Origin: Candidatus Pampinifervens sinense
GTDB lineage: Bacteria; Aquificota; Aquificia; Aquificales; Aquificaceae
Direction of reading: 5' to 3'
Assembly (NCBI GenBank): GCA_037927135.1
Contig: JAXSPP010000001.1
Location: 1 to 64,000 of the forward strand
Length of the DNA stretch: 64,000 bases
In this document: positions 8,648 through 18,869 of the stretch, piece after piece
Position numbering within the stretch: the first letter of the stretch is position 1
Layout: each line of letters starts with the position of its first letter
Position numbers and translations under genes: made by a program
Notes under the pieces: model-generated
What the model was told of the DNA's origin: nothing
Seen by the model: only the letters and a program-made list of their open reading frames with translations
The model's database searches: none

Positions 8648-9760
8648 TCACACCCTCCTGATCTTTATTTCCCCCCAATTGAAGCATACACTACATAAGA
8701 GATGATAACTATTATAATCCTTACCACAAGAGCAAACAAGTGGCTTTAAAAGATCCTTTATAGAAGTTAGGCAGAATTTGTCTTGATCTCTATGTGATAG
8801 TGCGCTATACAGTAAAGCTTTTGCTGGAAAAGATAGAGTATCTTCCAACTCCTTAGCCTTGCTAAGGAGGTTAAGCTTTATATATACCAAAAGAAGGGTG
8901 TCTGGGTGAATGGATTCTTTTTTTAATTCTATGAGATCCAGAATCTTTGAAAGTGTTTTCTCATCTTCCATAAGGTTCCATAGCACATCTTCTTGATAGT
9001 TTAGGGAAAAAAGCTTTTCCCAAAGCTTTTTCACATCCCTTATCCTATCTTTAAGGAGTAAATACTTTATATATGTTGCATATACAAAAGGTGTAGCATA
9101 AAGGTCAAAGACCTTTTCTATATACTTTTCATTTCCCTCTTCTAAATACAGCTTAGCTAAAATCTCCGCCTTTATCCTTTTCTGAACCTCCTTTTCCCAA
9201 CGCTCGCATATATCCAAAATCCTTTCTTGACATTCTAAAGATTCCTTCCATTTATTTTGTAAAGCGTATGCGTCTCTCAGACCTTTTAAAGCCTCAACGT
9301 TTTCTGAGTCTTCTATCAATACTTCTTTAAAACCTTCTTCAGCCTCTTTAAACTTCCCTTCCTTCAAAAGCTTTTTGGAAAAGATCACGAGGTCCACCTT
9401 ACTTACTTCATCAACCCTACCCTGTCTTATTAAGACTTCTCCCAGCAAAGCTTTTGCTCCCTTAATATGCTTCACAACTCCGATCAAAAACCTCTCAGCT
9501 CTGTTCATATGGCCTTTTGAGTAGGCTTCCAGAGCGTTTTCTAAGTCCTTTAGCCTTTTTCTAAGTATAGCTTCTTTAAAGATAAAGTAAAGGGAAGGTA
9601 TTATAAAGCCGAGGGCAAAGGAGATTAGCAGTAGAACAAAAAGGGGTACCTTATACACAGTATAGAATAGGCTTATGTCTACATATCCAGCGTTCTGGGC
9701 TATAAATAGGAGAAATAGCACCACCACTAAAAGGGAAAGTATCACCTTTATTATGCTCAT
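8648..9760 (-). CDS. LapA-domain / TPR / C-terminal rubredoxin-like protein (LapA-LapB-like fusion)
   Basis: N-terminal FIAQN..V + two TMs (LapA-like), TPR-like helices, C-terminal CSCG...CSVC..W. Confidence 0.7.
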   Translation of the reverse strand: MSIIKVILSLLVVVLFLLFIAQNAGYVDISLFYTVYKVPLFVLLLISFALGFIIPSLYFIFKEAILRKRLKDLENALEAYSKGHMNRAERFLIGVVKHIKGAKALLGEVLIRQGRVDEVSKVDLVIFSKKLLKEGKFKEAEEGFKEVLIEDSENVEALKGLRDAYALQNKWKESLECQERILDICERWEKEVQKRIKAEILAKLYLEEGNEKYIEKVFDLYATPFVYATYIKYLLLKDRIRDVKKLWEKLFSLNYQEDVLWNLMEDEKTLSKILDLIELKKESIHPDTLLLVYIKLNLLSKAKELEDTLSFPAKALLYSALSHRDQDKFCLTSIKDLLKPLVCSCGKDYNSYHLLCSVCFNWGEIKIRRV

Positions 9761-10098
9761 AGCTCTAGCCTCTCTGCATTAGAATAAAGCCATTCAAGAT
9801 CATAATACTCCCTCCATTCTTTCAAAAAGATGTGAACTATTATATCAATAAGGTCTACCAATATCCAAGCTGCTTCTTCTTCACCCTCCACATGGTCCGG
9901 CTTTACCTGTCTCTTTTCAAGCTCTTCCAATAGATGTTTGAGAAGTGCCCTTGCATGCACTGGTGAGTTTGCCGTTGCTATAACAAAGTAGTCGGCTATG
10001 TTCGTATGCTTTGAAACATCAAGGATAACTATATTCTCCGCCTTTTTGTCCTCTAAGATATCCTTTATCAACTTCAAAAGACCTTTGCTATCTTGCAT
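9757..10098 (-). CDS. rsfS: Ribosome silencing factor
   Basis: DKKAENIVILDV, ADYFVIAT, WILVDL.DIIVHIF..R.YYDLE.LY. Confidence 0.95.
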   Translation of the reverse strand: MQDSKGLLKLIKDILEDKKAENIVILDVSKHTNIADYFVIATANSPVHARALLKHLLEELEKRQVKPDHVEGEEEAAWILVDLIDIIVHIFLKEWREYYDLEWLYSNAERLEL

Positions 10099-10981
10099 AA
10101 CCCTTCAACTCTCTATAGTAAATATTCTCTCCATAAACTTCTCTATACTTTTCCATTAGCTTTAATCCTTCCTTTTTGCTCTCTTCTGCAAGCCTTTTCC
10201 ACCTTTCTATCTCCTTTTCCAAAAAGGCTATCCTATTCTGTATGGCCTTCTTATCCTCTTCAGATTTTACAGATTTTAACTCCTTTTGAGCTTCATCTAT
10301 CCATTTTTTATACTTCTCTTCCTGCTTTTTTGCCTGTTTTTCCACCAAAAGGAGGGATTTTATATATCTGTATAGGACTTCAGCTTCAGAAATTTGTTCA
10401 GGATAGTTCACCAGAAGATTTCTGTATCTTAAAGAGGCAGAATAATAGTAGCCAAAATCTTCGTAAAACCTCCCTATAAGATACTCATGCCTTGCCAATT
10501 TTTTTTGAGCTTCATCTATTAGGCTCATAACTCTATCAGTATAGGGGCTGTTGGGATACTTTGCTAAAAAATCCTTTGCCTTATCTATGGCCTTAAGTGT
10601 GTAGCTTTGGTCCCTGTACGCATCCGGTGCAACTCTCATATAGCTTTCCACTAGCATAAAGTATGCCTTTTCCGCCTCTGGACTTTCTGGATAATAAAAG
10701 AGGAAGTCCTCAAGGTAAACTATGGCATTTATGTAATCCTTTCTAAGGTAATAGCTTTCAGCTATGGTGTATTTGGCAGATTTTATCTCTTGTGGACTTA
10801 AATTTTCAAGATACTTTAGAGCTTCTGACAGTTTGCTTATTGCTTCTTTATAATCTTTTCTTGCGTATGCAGCCATACCTTGAGAATAGGCTTCCAAAGC
10901 CATTTTCTCCCTTTTTTCTTCTGTTACTTTTGCACAACTAAGCATAAAGATGATCAATATAAGGGTCAGCCTTCTAGCCAT
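10088..10981 (-). CDS. bamD: Outer membrane protein assembly factor BamD (lipoprotein)
   Basis: Lipobox MLSC, TPR repeats, RDQSYT, YPNSPY, LARHEYLIGRFY. Confidence 0.88.
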   Translation of the reverse strand: MARRLTLILIIFMLSCAKVTEEKREKMALEAYSQGMAAYARKDYKEAISKLSEALKYLENLSPQEIKSAKYTIAESYYLRKDYINAIVYLEDFLFYYPESPEAEKAYFMLVESYMRVAPDAYRDQSYTLKAIDKAKDFLAKYPNSPYTDRVMSLIDEAQKKLARHEYLIGRFYEDFGYYYSASLRYRNLLVNYPEQISEAEVLYRYIKSLLLVEKQAKKQEEKYKKWIDEAQKELKSVKSEEDKKAIQNRIAFLEKEIERWKRLAEESKKEGLKLMEKYREVYGENIYYRELKGYAR

Positions 10982-12332
10982 GGCTTATGTTAAAGCTGTT
11001 TATGTTCACATCATAGCTTCCATCCAGCTGCACATATTGATAGCCTTTTGATTGAAGCGCTTTCTTCACCTTCTCATACCTGAAGGGATGAACCTCTACT
11101 TTTAAGCTTCTGTGAGGGCTCTCCATAAGCTCCTTTTCCAATTCAAAGAGGAAATAGCTTGAGCTTTTTATGTACCCCTTGCCAGAGCAGTATGGACAAT
11201 CCTCGGTCAAAAGCTTGGTTAGGCTTCTACCAGATTTTTTCCTGGACATCTCCAATATACCCAACTTTGTAAAGCCATGAATAGTTATATTACACGCTTC
11301 TTCTTCAAAGGCAGAGAGCATACTCTTAATTATAAGATCCTTATTTTCCTGCTTCTTCATATCTATAAAGTCTATCAGAATTATACCACCTATGTCTCTA
11401 AGTATTATCTGTTTAGCTATCTCCTTTACAGCTTCAAGGTTTGTTCTGAGGGCATTCTCCTCATGGGAGCTTCCCACTGGATCCCCACTGTTCACATCAA
11501 TTATCGTAAAGGCTTCCGTCTCCTCTATACATATATAGCCACCACTTTTTAGCCAGATGACCTTACTTAAAGCACTCCTTAGACTATCGTAAAGCCTATA
11601 CCTTTGAATGTAGCTGGAAGGGTCCTTTGCGTATATATTTCTTTTGAGAAGATCTGGCTCAAACTCCTCAAGGAAGGAGGCTATGTTGTTCCAAACTAGA
11701 GGATTGTCCGAAACGATTTCTTCAAGGTCTTGCCAGTGGTCCCTTATAAGTCTAATATAAGATGGATATTCTTCTAGTATGGGTTGAGGCTTTTTCAAAG
11801 ATTTGGCTCTTTTTTGCACCTGTTGCCATAGAATCCTCATCTTTTGAAGCTCTTCCCTTATTTGTTCTGGGGTTGCTCTCAGTGCAGAACTTCTCAAAAT
11901 TATACCTTCATCCTGCAACTCTTTTTCCAAAATGCTACATAGCCTTTCCTTTTCTTCAGATTGGATCTTGCTGGAGCATTTTATGTCTTTACCCCGAGGA
12001 AAGTAAACTAAGTATTTGCCTACCAGTTTGATGTTTGTGGTTAGCTTTGCACCCTTTTCCCCTTCTGGTTCCCTTACCATCTGAACTATCAAGCTCTCAC
12101 CTACCTTATAGCTCTCTCCCTTTAGAGGAAGAAAGGCATCTCTCCCTATACCTACATCTACGAAGACACCTTCCATACCCTTTGCAAGCCTCTTTACCTT
12201 TCCTTTAAAGATGGTATCAGTAAGCCTTTTGGAGTTCCTCTCTTCTGCGCTTATCTTATAGACATTCTCCCCCTGTATCAAAAAGGAAAGAATAAGCTCA
12301 CTGGAGGACAAAACTACCAATCTTTTAGCCAT
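10974..12332 (-). CDS. rng: Ribonuclease E/G family (RNase G-like)
   Basis: S1 domain, TEAFTIIDVNSG, LRDIGGIILIDFIDM, CPYCSGKG. Confidence 0.92.
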   Translation of the reverse strand: MAKRLVVLSSSELILSFLIQGENVYKISAEERNSKRLTDTIFKGKVKRLAKGMEGVFVDVGIGRDAFLPLKGESYKVGESLIVQMVREPEGEKGAKLTTNIKLVGKYLVYFPRGKDIKCSSKIQSEEKERLCSILEKELQDEGIILRSSALRATPEQIREELQKMRILWQQVQKRAKSLKKPQPILEEYPSYIRLIRDHWQDLEEIVSDNPLVWNNIASFLEEFEPDLLKRNIYAKDPSSYIQRYRLYDSLRSALSKVIWLKSGGYICIEETEAFTIIDVNSGDPVGSSHEENALRTNLEAVKEIAKQIILRDIGGIILIDFIDMKKQENKDLIIKSMLSAFEEEACNITIHGFTKLGILEMSRKKSGRSLTKLLTEDCPYCSGKGYIKSSSYFLFELEKELMESPHRSLKVEVHPFRYEKVKKALQSKGYQYVQLDGSYDVNINSFNISHG

Positions 12333-12341
12333 ACACTTTTA

Positions 12342-15155
12342 TTATACCCTCTCTACCAAGCTCCTTATCACCTCCCTTTCCAAAGGAGAGGACACCTTGG
12401 GTAGTATGGTTTCAAGCACAAGCTGTTTTACGTTAGTGTATCTGTTTAGCCTTCTTGCACACCTTATGGTATCCCTTATAGAGAAGACAAAATCAACAGG
12501 CTCCTCCGATTGCTGTGTTTGATAGGCTCTGTAGGCTTTCCTTATTGCGTTGGCTATCTTTATAAGCTCAAAAAGCTTCCAAATGGGTTCTTCTAGTCTT
12601 TCAATGCCTTCTATCTCTTTTACCTTTATACCGTTGATAATATAATGCCATGCGTATAGAAAATCTTCTGAAGTCAAAAGGGCCAGCTCTGGCACTTGGT
12701 CCTTAAGTATTAGGGCCTCATCGGCGCTGTATAGGCCTCCTTCTTCTTCAAAGGGTGGGTAATCAATAAAAAGTATGTCTGCCCTTGATTTTATATCCTG
12801 GGGTAGCTCGGAAACTCCCAAGTAGTTTTGAGGGTTCATCCCACCTACCAGTATGACCTCCTTGTGGGCCTTTATGACTTCACCTGTGGGCAAGGCCAAA
12901 TACCTTCTGTAGTCAAAAAGGGAGTTAAAGAGCTTTACCATACCCGGTGGCAAGGTGTTTATCTCGTCAAAGTATATGACCGCACCAGGCGTTTGAAGTG
13001 CTTTAACCAGGTCCGAATAGACCCTTTTGGTACCCCTTTTAGGATCAAACTCGTACACAAAGGTTATATCCTCCCTTTCCATCTTGGAGTTGCATGGAAT
13101 TATGTATAAGGGTCTGTTTGTGAGGGCGGAGAAGACCTCCACCAGAAAGTTCTTTCCCACACCTGCATCGCCTTCAAGGATTAGTATGCCCTCTGAATAG
13201 AGGAGCTGTTCCTTCACAAGGGAGGTAAACTTCTCAAGGTTTTTTACAAACCATGGTGTTTCTTCGTAGGCTACAAATAGGGGAGTCCTTGGGGGCTCAT
13301 AGGCAAGAAGGCCATTGAGATGTCTTAAATATCTTCTTACCCATTGGGGAAGGGAGCGAAGATCCCTTTGAGAAAGCACATTAGGATACCTTTTGGGCTC
13401 TAAAAGAAGGCCATCCTCCCTCTCAAAGGCTATTTTGGCATAAACTTCATCCTTTATGAACATTCTGTCTTCAACCTTTAGCCTCCACTTTAGCCTTCTT
13501 TTCTCTCCAGAGAAGCGGGGAAACTCCTCTGAGCCAAAGAATACCCTTGAGTCCTCCACCCTTATCCTATACCTACCTAGCTTATTCTCTAGTATCTTCT
13601 CTTGAAGTATCCTGTAGAGCTCCCTTTGGCCCTCCTCCTTTAGCTCCTTAGGAAGTCTATTTAAAAACTCCCTAGTATCCTTTACCTCCTGCAGGCTTTC
13701 AAAGTCCCTTATGTCTTCACTTTTTAACCCGTCTGCGACTTCCTTTACCCTTTGAAGCCTTTCTTGCATCTTACCTCTAAAATAGCCTTCAACCTCTTCC
13801 TTCAACTTCCTTAACCTTTCAACCCTATCCTCCCTCTCAAGCTTCATTCTAGCTTCCAGCTCCTTTAGGTCCTCTGCGCTAACAGTGTTATTAGATATCT
13901 TTTCCCTTATGCTCTCTAAAAAGGCTTCAAACTTAGCCTCTTCAACCATATGGCTTGCCTGAAGTATGACCTCCCTTAGCCTTCTTATGGGCATGTCCAT
14001 GGATATGAGCCTTTTATACTCTTCAAGCTGGGATGGGTCTGCGCTTGGGTCCAATTTTTTTAACTTTCCCCTTAAGCTTTTTAGCTCCTCCTCGGCTCTC
14101 TTTATCATCTGGGCTTGTCTGTCTGCATCAAAGATAAACTGGGTTAAATTGGTGCTTATGGCTCTAAGGTTGTAAAAGTATTTTTCATCCCTCTGTGTGC
14201 GCGTGCATGTGTAAAGGGTTCCATCGGGAGAAGCCTTTACAAGAGAGTGGCCAAAGCCTTCTAAGGTGGAAAGGTATTCAAAGGTGGGAAGGTATAAAAG
14301 GCCCATTCTGTTTTCTTCTGCATCGGCGAGGAATAGAAAGTCTCCATCTGGGGAAAGGTCCATATGGCTTATGTTTATACCTGTAGTGAGGCTCTTTAAA
14401 AGGGATTCAAGCTGAAGGTCATAAAAGAAGAGGTTTTTGCCTTCTGAAAGGAGGATGCCATCCTTTAGCACATAGGCCCCCCTTCCAGAAGGGTGAGGCA
14501 GTCTTTTTATGAGGTTTCCCCCAAGGTCGTATAGGGCCACACCTTTAGTACCAGAAAGCAAAAGCCTTGTAGAACCTACAAACTTAAGAAGCTTTAGCTC
14601 TCCAATGTTTGCCTCCGAATAGGAGAAGACCTTTTTAAACTCCAGGCCCTCTGGGCCAAAGCCACCTGATATGTCTATCACATAAACCCTTTCTCCCACC
14701 ACTCCATAGGCAAGAAGGTTTCCGTTTATGTCCAAGCCCGCAGAGGCCCTCACACCCTCTTGGGTTGTTCTAAAACTTTTCCATGTTTGTGGGTTTCTTT
14801 TGTCTTCAAGAAGGTAGACCACAAGGTAAGGCGGGGTCAAAAGGGCAAGGTAAGGGCCTCTAAAGAGGGCCTCTGTAATGACCTGTGCGGGTGGCCTGGA
14901 GGGGAGCCTGTGCAGTTTCCCGCTCCAGTCATAGAGCTGGAAGACTCCGTGCCTTCTTCCCACAAGGAGCCAATAACCATCTTCTGAGACATCCATAGCA
15001 TCTATCCAAAACTCCTCTATCCTTGCATCCTGGTCCTTTTCAAGGAAGTCTTCCATATAGAATTTTAAGGTTCCCTTTGGCGTCTTTATCTCAAGCTCTT
15101 TAACCTCTTGCCTTTCCCTTCTACCCAATAGCCTTTCCAGAATACCCATAACCAT
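12342..15155 (-). CDS. Large protein: beta-propeller-like N-terminus, coiled coil, and MoxR/CbbQ/NirQ-type AAA+ ATPase
   Basis: Walker A GDAGVGKN, Walker B VIYFDEINTL, GMNPQNYLG, FSIRD; DVSEDG/DLSPDG/ASPDG blade-like motifs. True start may be ATG 15149. Confidence 0.8.
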   Translation of the reverse strand: MVMGILERLLGRRERQEVKELEIKTPKGTLKFYMEDFLEKDQDARIEEFWIDAMDVSEDGYWLLVGRRHGVFQLYDWSGKLHRLPSRPPAQVITEALFRGPYLALLTPPYLVVYLLEDKRNPQTWKSFRTTQEGVRASAGLDINGNLLAYGVVGERVYVIDISGGFGPEGLEFKKVFSYSEANIGELKLLKFVGSTRLLLSGTKGVALYDLGGNLIKRLPHPSGRGAYVLKDGILLSEGKNLFFYDLQLESLLKSLTTGINISHMDLSPDGDFLFLADAEENRMGLLYLPTFEYLSTLEGFGHSLVKASPDGTLYTCTRTQRDEKYFYNLRAISTNLTQFIFDADRQAQMIKRAEEELKSLRGKLKKLDPSADPSQLEEYKRLISMDMPIRRLREVILQASHMVEEAKFEAFLESIREKISNNTVSAEDLKELEARMKLEREDRVERLRKLKEEVEGYFRGKMQERLQRVKEVADGLKSEDIRDFESLQEVKDTREFLNRLPKELKEEGQRELYRILQEKILENKLGRYRIRVEDSRVFFGSEEFPRFSGEKRRLKWRLKVEDRMFIKDEVYAKIAFEREDGLLLEPKRYPNVLSQRDLRSLPQWVRRYLRHLNGLLAYEPPRTPLFVAYEETPWFVKNLEKFTSLVKEQLLYSEGILILEGDAGVGKNFLVEVFSALTNRPLYIIPCNSKMEREDITFVYEFDPKRGTKRVYSDLVKALQTPGAVIYFDEINTLPPGMVKLFNSLFDYRRYLALPTGEVIKAHKEVILVGGMNPQNYLGVSELPQDIKSRADILFIDYPPFEEEGGLYSADEALILKDQVPELALLTSEDFLYAWHYIINGIKVKEIEGIERLEEPIWKLFELIKIANAIRKAYRAYQTQQSEEPVDFVFSIRDTIRCARRLNRYTNVKQLVLETILPKVSSPLEREVIRSLVERV

Positions 15156-15168
15156 AAAATATTAATCC

Positions 15169-15822
15169 GTGGAGAGAAAAAAGCCTTATGATCTAGCTTA
15201 CATTGAGATATGCACCGGGGAAGAGAATATGAGAAGAGACTGGGAGAACCTTCTTATTACAGAAGAAGGCAAAAGGCCCAACTTTAGACTATACCTATGG
15301 AAAGAAAGGACCTTGAGCTTAGGATACTCCCAAAAGGCTGTGGACCTTCCCATAAGCATGGTAAGAAGGCCTACAGGTGGTGGAGCCCTTTTGCACGGAT
15401 GGGACATTTCCTTTTCTTACACAGGCCTCAGAAAAGATTGGGGTGGAAGCTTTTCAAAGATATACACCAACTTTATGGGCCTTCTGCTTGAGCTCTTAAG
15501 GGAAGTAGAGTCATCCTTGGATATGAGCAGGTATAAGGGTGGATATGAAGACTACTTTTGCTACTTTTATCCCACACTTGGCGAGATAGGCCTCAAGGGT
15601 AAAAAGGTGGTTGCCTGCGCCATGAGGCTGATGAAAGATTCTTTTCTCCTTCATGGAAGCCTCTTTTGGGACATGGACTATGAATACTTTGAAAGGCTTA
15701 CAGGCATAGAGGCAAAAAAGCTCAAAGAGAGAATAACAACCTTTAAAGAGATGGGTATGCGTTTTGAGGATATGGTAAGGCTTATGGAGAGTTTCAGAAG
15801 AAAGCTCAATGTTTTAAAATAA
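15169..15822 (+). CDS. Lipoate-protein ligase A / octanoyltransferase family protein
   Basis: LSLGYSQ, VRRPTGGGALLH, GKKVV, LLHGSL. Confidence 0.88.
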   Translation: MERKKPYDLAYIEICTGEENMRRDWENLLITEEGKRPNFRLYLWKERTLSLGYSQKAVDLPISMVRRPTGGGALLHGWDISFSYTGLRKDWGGSFSKIYTNFMGLLLELLREVESSLDMSRYKGGYEDYFCYFYPTLGEIGLKGKKVVACAMRLMKDSFLLHGSLFWDMDYEYFERLTGIEAKKLKERITTFKEMGMRFEDMVRLMESFRRKLNVLK

Positions 15823-15826
15823 AGCC

Positions 15827-16327
15827 ATGGCCATAACCATAACCCTATTTAGGCTCTTCCTTGTTATACCAGCCCTCTATGCCTTAGAAGAAGAGAGCAG
15901 AAGGCTTGCAAGCCTTTTTATACTTTTGGCCGGAGTGTCCGATTGGCTAGATGGCGGTATAGCAAGGAAGAACAACCAAGTGAGTAAGCTGGGAACCCTC
16001 CTTGACCCTCTTGTGGACAAAGTTTTTGTTCTTTCCATCCTTTCCTTTTTCCTCTACAGACAGGAAGTGGGGCTTTTGCCCTTTTTACTCCTGCTTTTGA
16101 GAGAGCTTCTTGTCTCCTTTCTGAGAAGCCTATCTGTAGAAAAGGGCTACATTATGCCTGCCTCTTACCTTGGAAAGGCAAAGACCTTTTTTGAGTTTTT
16201 AACCCTTCTTGCCCTGTCTCTTGGCCTTGGAATATCAGGCCTTCTGCTTTGGCTCTCTGTGGTGCTTGCCTATGTTTCCATGTATGACTATGTGATCAAA
16301 TACCTGTCTTATGAAAAAAGATCCTAG
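15827..16327 (+). CDS. pgsA: CDP-alcohol phosphatidyltransferase (PgsA-like)
   Basis: SDWLDGGIAR..NQVSKLGTLLDPLVDK signature. Confidence 0.85.
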   Translation: MAITITLFRLFLVIPALYALEEESRRLASLFILLAGVSDWLDGGIARKNNQVSKLGTLLDPLVDKVFVLSILSFFLYRQEVGLLPFLLLLLRELLVSFLRSLSVEKGYIMPASYLGKAKTFFEFLTLLALSLGLGISGLLLWLSVVLAYVSMYDYVIKYLSYEKRS

Positions 16328-16349
16328 TTTTGTTGTATAATAGAGCAAC

Positions 16350-17597
16350 ATGCTCAAAGAGTACAATCCATACCTTGAATACAGAGGAGAAGAACTGTTC
16401 CTTGAAGGCGTTCCTTTAAAGGCCTTAGCGGAAGAGCTGGGAACGCCCCTTTACGTTTACAGCGCCAGCTATATAAGGGATAGATTGAGGGCTTACATGG
16501 AGGCCTTTCCGGAAGCTCTAATATGTTATGCGGTAAAGGCAAACTTCAATCCTCATATAATAGCCTTAGCAAAGGAAGAGGGTGCTGGTGCGGATATTGT
16601 ATCTGGTGGAGAGCTTTATGCTAGCCTAAAAGCGGGCATTGACCCTTCCAAGATAGTCTATGCTGGTGTGGGCAAAACGGTAAAAGAGCTTGAGTATGCC
16701 ATAAGTTCTGATATCCTTATATTCAACGTAGAATCTCATATGGAACTGGATGTGTTAAACGATATAGCCGGAAGGCTTGGCAAAAAGGCACGCATAGCCA
16801 TAAGGGTAAACCCGGATGTGGACCCCAAAACACACCCTTACATTTCTACAGGCATGAAAAAAAGTAAGTTTGGCGTGGACATAAGGACTGCAAAGAAGGA
16901 ATACGAGTATGCGGGAAGGTTGAAAAACCTTGAGGTGGTAGGAATACACTGCCATATAGGTTCCCAAATATTGGACACTTCTCCTTATATAGAGGCCTCT
17001 CAAAAGGTGGTAGAGCTCTACCACGATCTGTTGAAGTCCGGCTTTGATATAAAATACATTGACCTTGGTGGGGGCCTTGGCATAAAGTACAGACCAGATC
17101 AGTCCAACCCAGAGCCTTTGGACCTTGCGCAGGCCATACTTCCAAACCTAAAAGGGGTTAAGGCCAAGCTCATACTTGAGCCGGGAAGGTCCATAGTGGG
17201 CAACGCGGGCATATTGCTCACGCAGGTGCAGTTTGTAAAGGATAAAGGGCACAAACACTTTGTGATAGTTGATGCGGGCATGAACGACCTTATAAGGCCT
17301 GCCATGTACGAAGCCTACCATCACATAGTACCAGTAGAATTAAAGGAAAGGCCTTATATAAAAACAGATGTGGTTGGGCCAATATGTGAGACAGGAGACT
17401 TTTTGGCCCTTGAGAGGGAACTGCCCGCTGTAGAGAGGGGGGAGTATTTGGCTGTGCTTTCCGCTGGAGCTTACGGCTTTGCCATGTCCTCACATTATAA
17501 CCTCAGGCCACGGGCCTGTGAAGTGCTTGTAGAAAAGGGAACATACAGAGTAATAAGAGAGAGGGAAGATTATGAGTATATACTAAGGATGGTATAA
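16350..17597 (+). CDS. lysA: Diaminopimelate decarboxylase
   Basis: YAVKAN, HCHIGSQI, EPGRSIV, GPICETGD, GAYGFAMSS. Confidence 0.97.
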   Translation: MLKEYNPYLEYRGEELFLEGVPLKALAEELGTPLYVYSASYIRDRLRAYMEAFPEALICYAVKANFNPHIIALAKEEGAGADIVSGGELYASLKAGIDPSKIVYAGVGKTVKELEYAISSDILIFNVESHMELDVLNDIAGRLGKKARIAIRVNPDVDPKTHPYISTGMKKSKFGVDIRTAKKEYEYAGRLKNLEVVGIHCHIGSQILDTSPYIEASQKVVELYHDLLKSGFDIKYIDLGGGLGIKYRPDQSNPEPLDLAQAILPNLKGVKAKLILEPGRSIVGNAGILLTQVQFVKDKGHKHFVIVDAGMNDLIRPAMYEAYHHIVPVELKERPYIKTDVVGPICETGDFLALERELPAVERGEYLAVLSAGAYGFAMSSHYNLRPRACEVLVEKGTYRVIREREDYEYILRMV

Positions 17598-18869
17598 AGT
17601 CTTTTCCTCCTTGTATGCTCCCCAGACGTACAAAACTATGGCACCTAGGCATGACAAAAGAATGGCCTGTTTTAGGCTTAAAGGTATGCCAAATTCCAAG
17701 TCAAATTTGGAAAAGAGCTCAATAGAAAGGAGTATCAATCTACCTATCACTTCCATAGGAAAGGTGGGAAGGCTAAAGAAGGTAATTATTTCCAAAATAC
17801 CATAAACTGTAAAGGGCAAAAATAGAAATCCAACTATAGGGCTAAAGATTACACTTCCCACACTGTTGGTGGTAAAGCTCCAAAGCAAAGGAGACACACC
17901 CAGAAAGGCAAAAAAGGAAATGAGAAAGGAGTTTAAAACCTTCCAGTTTAGGCTATCTTCTTCTCTTCTAACTATTCTTACGCCCAAAAGTATGTAAAGA
18001 GTGGCAAAGAAAGAAAGCCAAAAGGAGTAAGATTTTACAAAGCTTGGCTCAAAGAGCAGGAGAAGACTGCAAGAAAAAAGTAGGATGTTCAAAGAGTTTG
18101 GCACGCCTTGAGAGAGCTTTACCAAAACCCAAAGCAAAAACATAAGCCAAGCCCTTAGGGCTGGTGGTTCCTGAGGTGTCAAAAAGATCACATAAAGGCT
18201 TGTGCCAAGGGTGGCAAAGAGCACACCATAAGGATAAGGTAGGGCATATTTTAGTATGAAAAAGAACATGGCTACATGAAAGCCAGATATGACAAGTATA
18301 TGAACCAGGCCTGTCTTCTTAAAGTGGTAGAAAATATCCTGTGGTAGCATGTCTTGAGACTCTCCAAAAAGGTAGCTGAGGGTCAAGGCCCTCACCTGCG
18401 GATCTTTTATCTTCTCCTCCACCCTTTCTATGTATTTTTCCCTTAGGCTCCTTTGCCTAAAAGACACACCTTCTATATCTTTCCAGCTTGCGCTCACAAA
18501 GACCTTATCCCCCTTTGCCCTCACCTTGCCATATAGCCAAAAGGCCCTTGAAGGGATATCCTTTGCACCATAAAGGCTAATGCTTACCTTTTTGCCATAA
18601 AGCTCCGGAAAGTCTCCACCCAAGACTTTTGCCCTCAGCCTTAGCCTTTCTCCTTCTTCCACCATAGGGCCTTCTACAAGCACCTCCAAAAGGCCCTCAT
18701 CCTCAAAGTGCAAAAAGGCCTCTTCCCTTTCTACCCTCCATAGGGCGAAAACTAAAAGGACAAAGAATAGAAAAAGTTGTAATGCCTCAGCTCCTTTTGG
18801 CGAGGATAATATAGACCAGTCCCAAAAGCTTCCTTTGAACCTCAACCACATAAAAGCCCTCCTCCTCAA
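17583..18869 (-). CDS. comEC: ComEC/Rec2 competence protein (membrane domain, no metallo-beta-lactamase domain)
   Basis: TGLVHILVISGFHV, PPALRA, SFWLSFFAT. Start uncertain because it overlaps the upstream methyltransferase. Confidence 0.82.
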   Translation of the reverse strand: MRRRAFMWLRFKGSFWDWSILSSPKGAEALQLFLFFVLLVFALWRVEREEAFLHFEDEGLLEVLVEGPMVEEGERLRLRAKVLGGDFPELYGKKVSISLYGAKDIPSRAFWLYGKVRAKGDKVFVSASWKDIEGVSFRQRSLREKYIERVEEKIKDPQVRALTLSYLFGESQDMLPQDIFYHFKKTGLVHILVISGFHVAMFFFILKYALPYPYGVLFATLGTSLYVIFLTPQEPPALRAWLMFLLWVLVKLSQGVPNSLNILLFSCSLLLLFEPSFVKSYSFWLSFFATLYILLGVRIVRREEDSLNWKVLNSFLISFFAFLGVSPLLWSFTTNSVGSVIFSPIVGFLFLPFTVYGILEIITFFSLPTFPMEVIGRLILLSIELFSKFDLEFGIPLSLKQAILLSCLGAIVLYVWGAYKEEKTLYHP

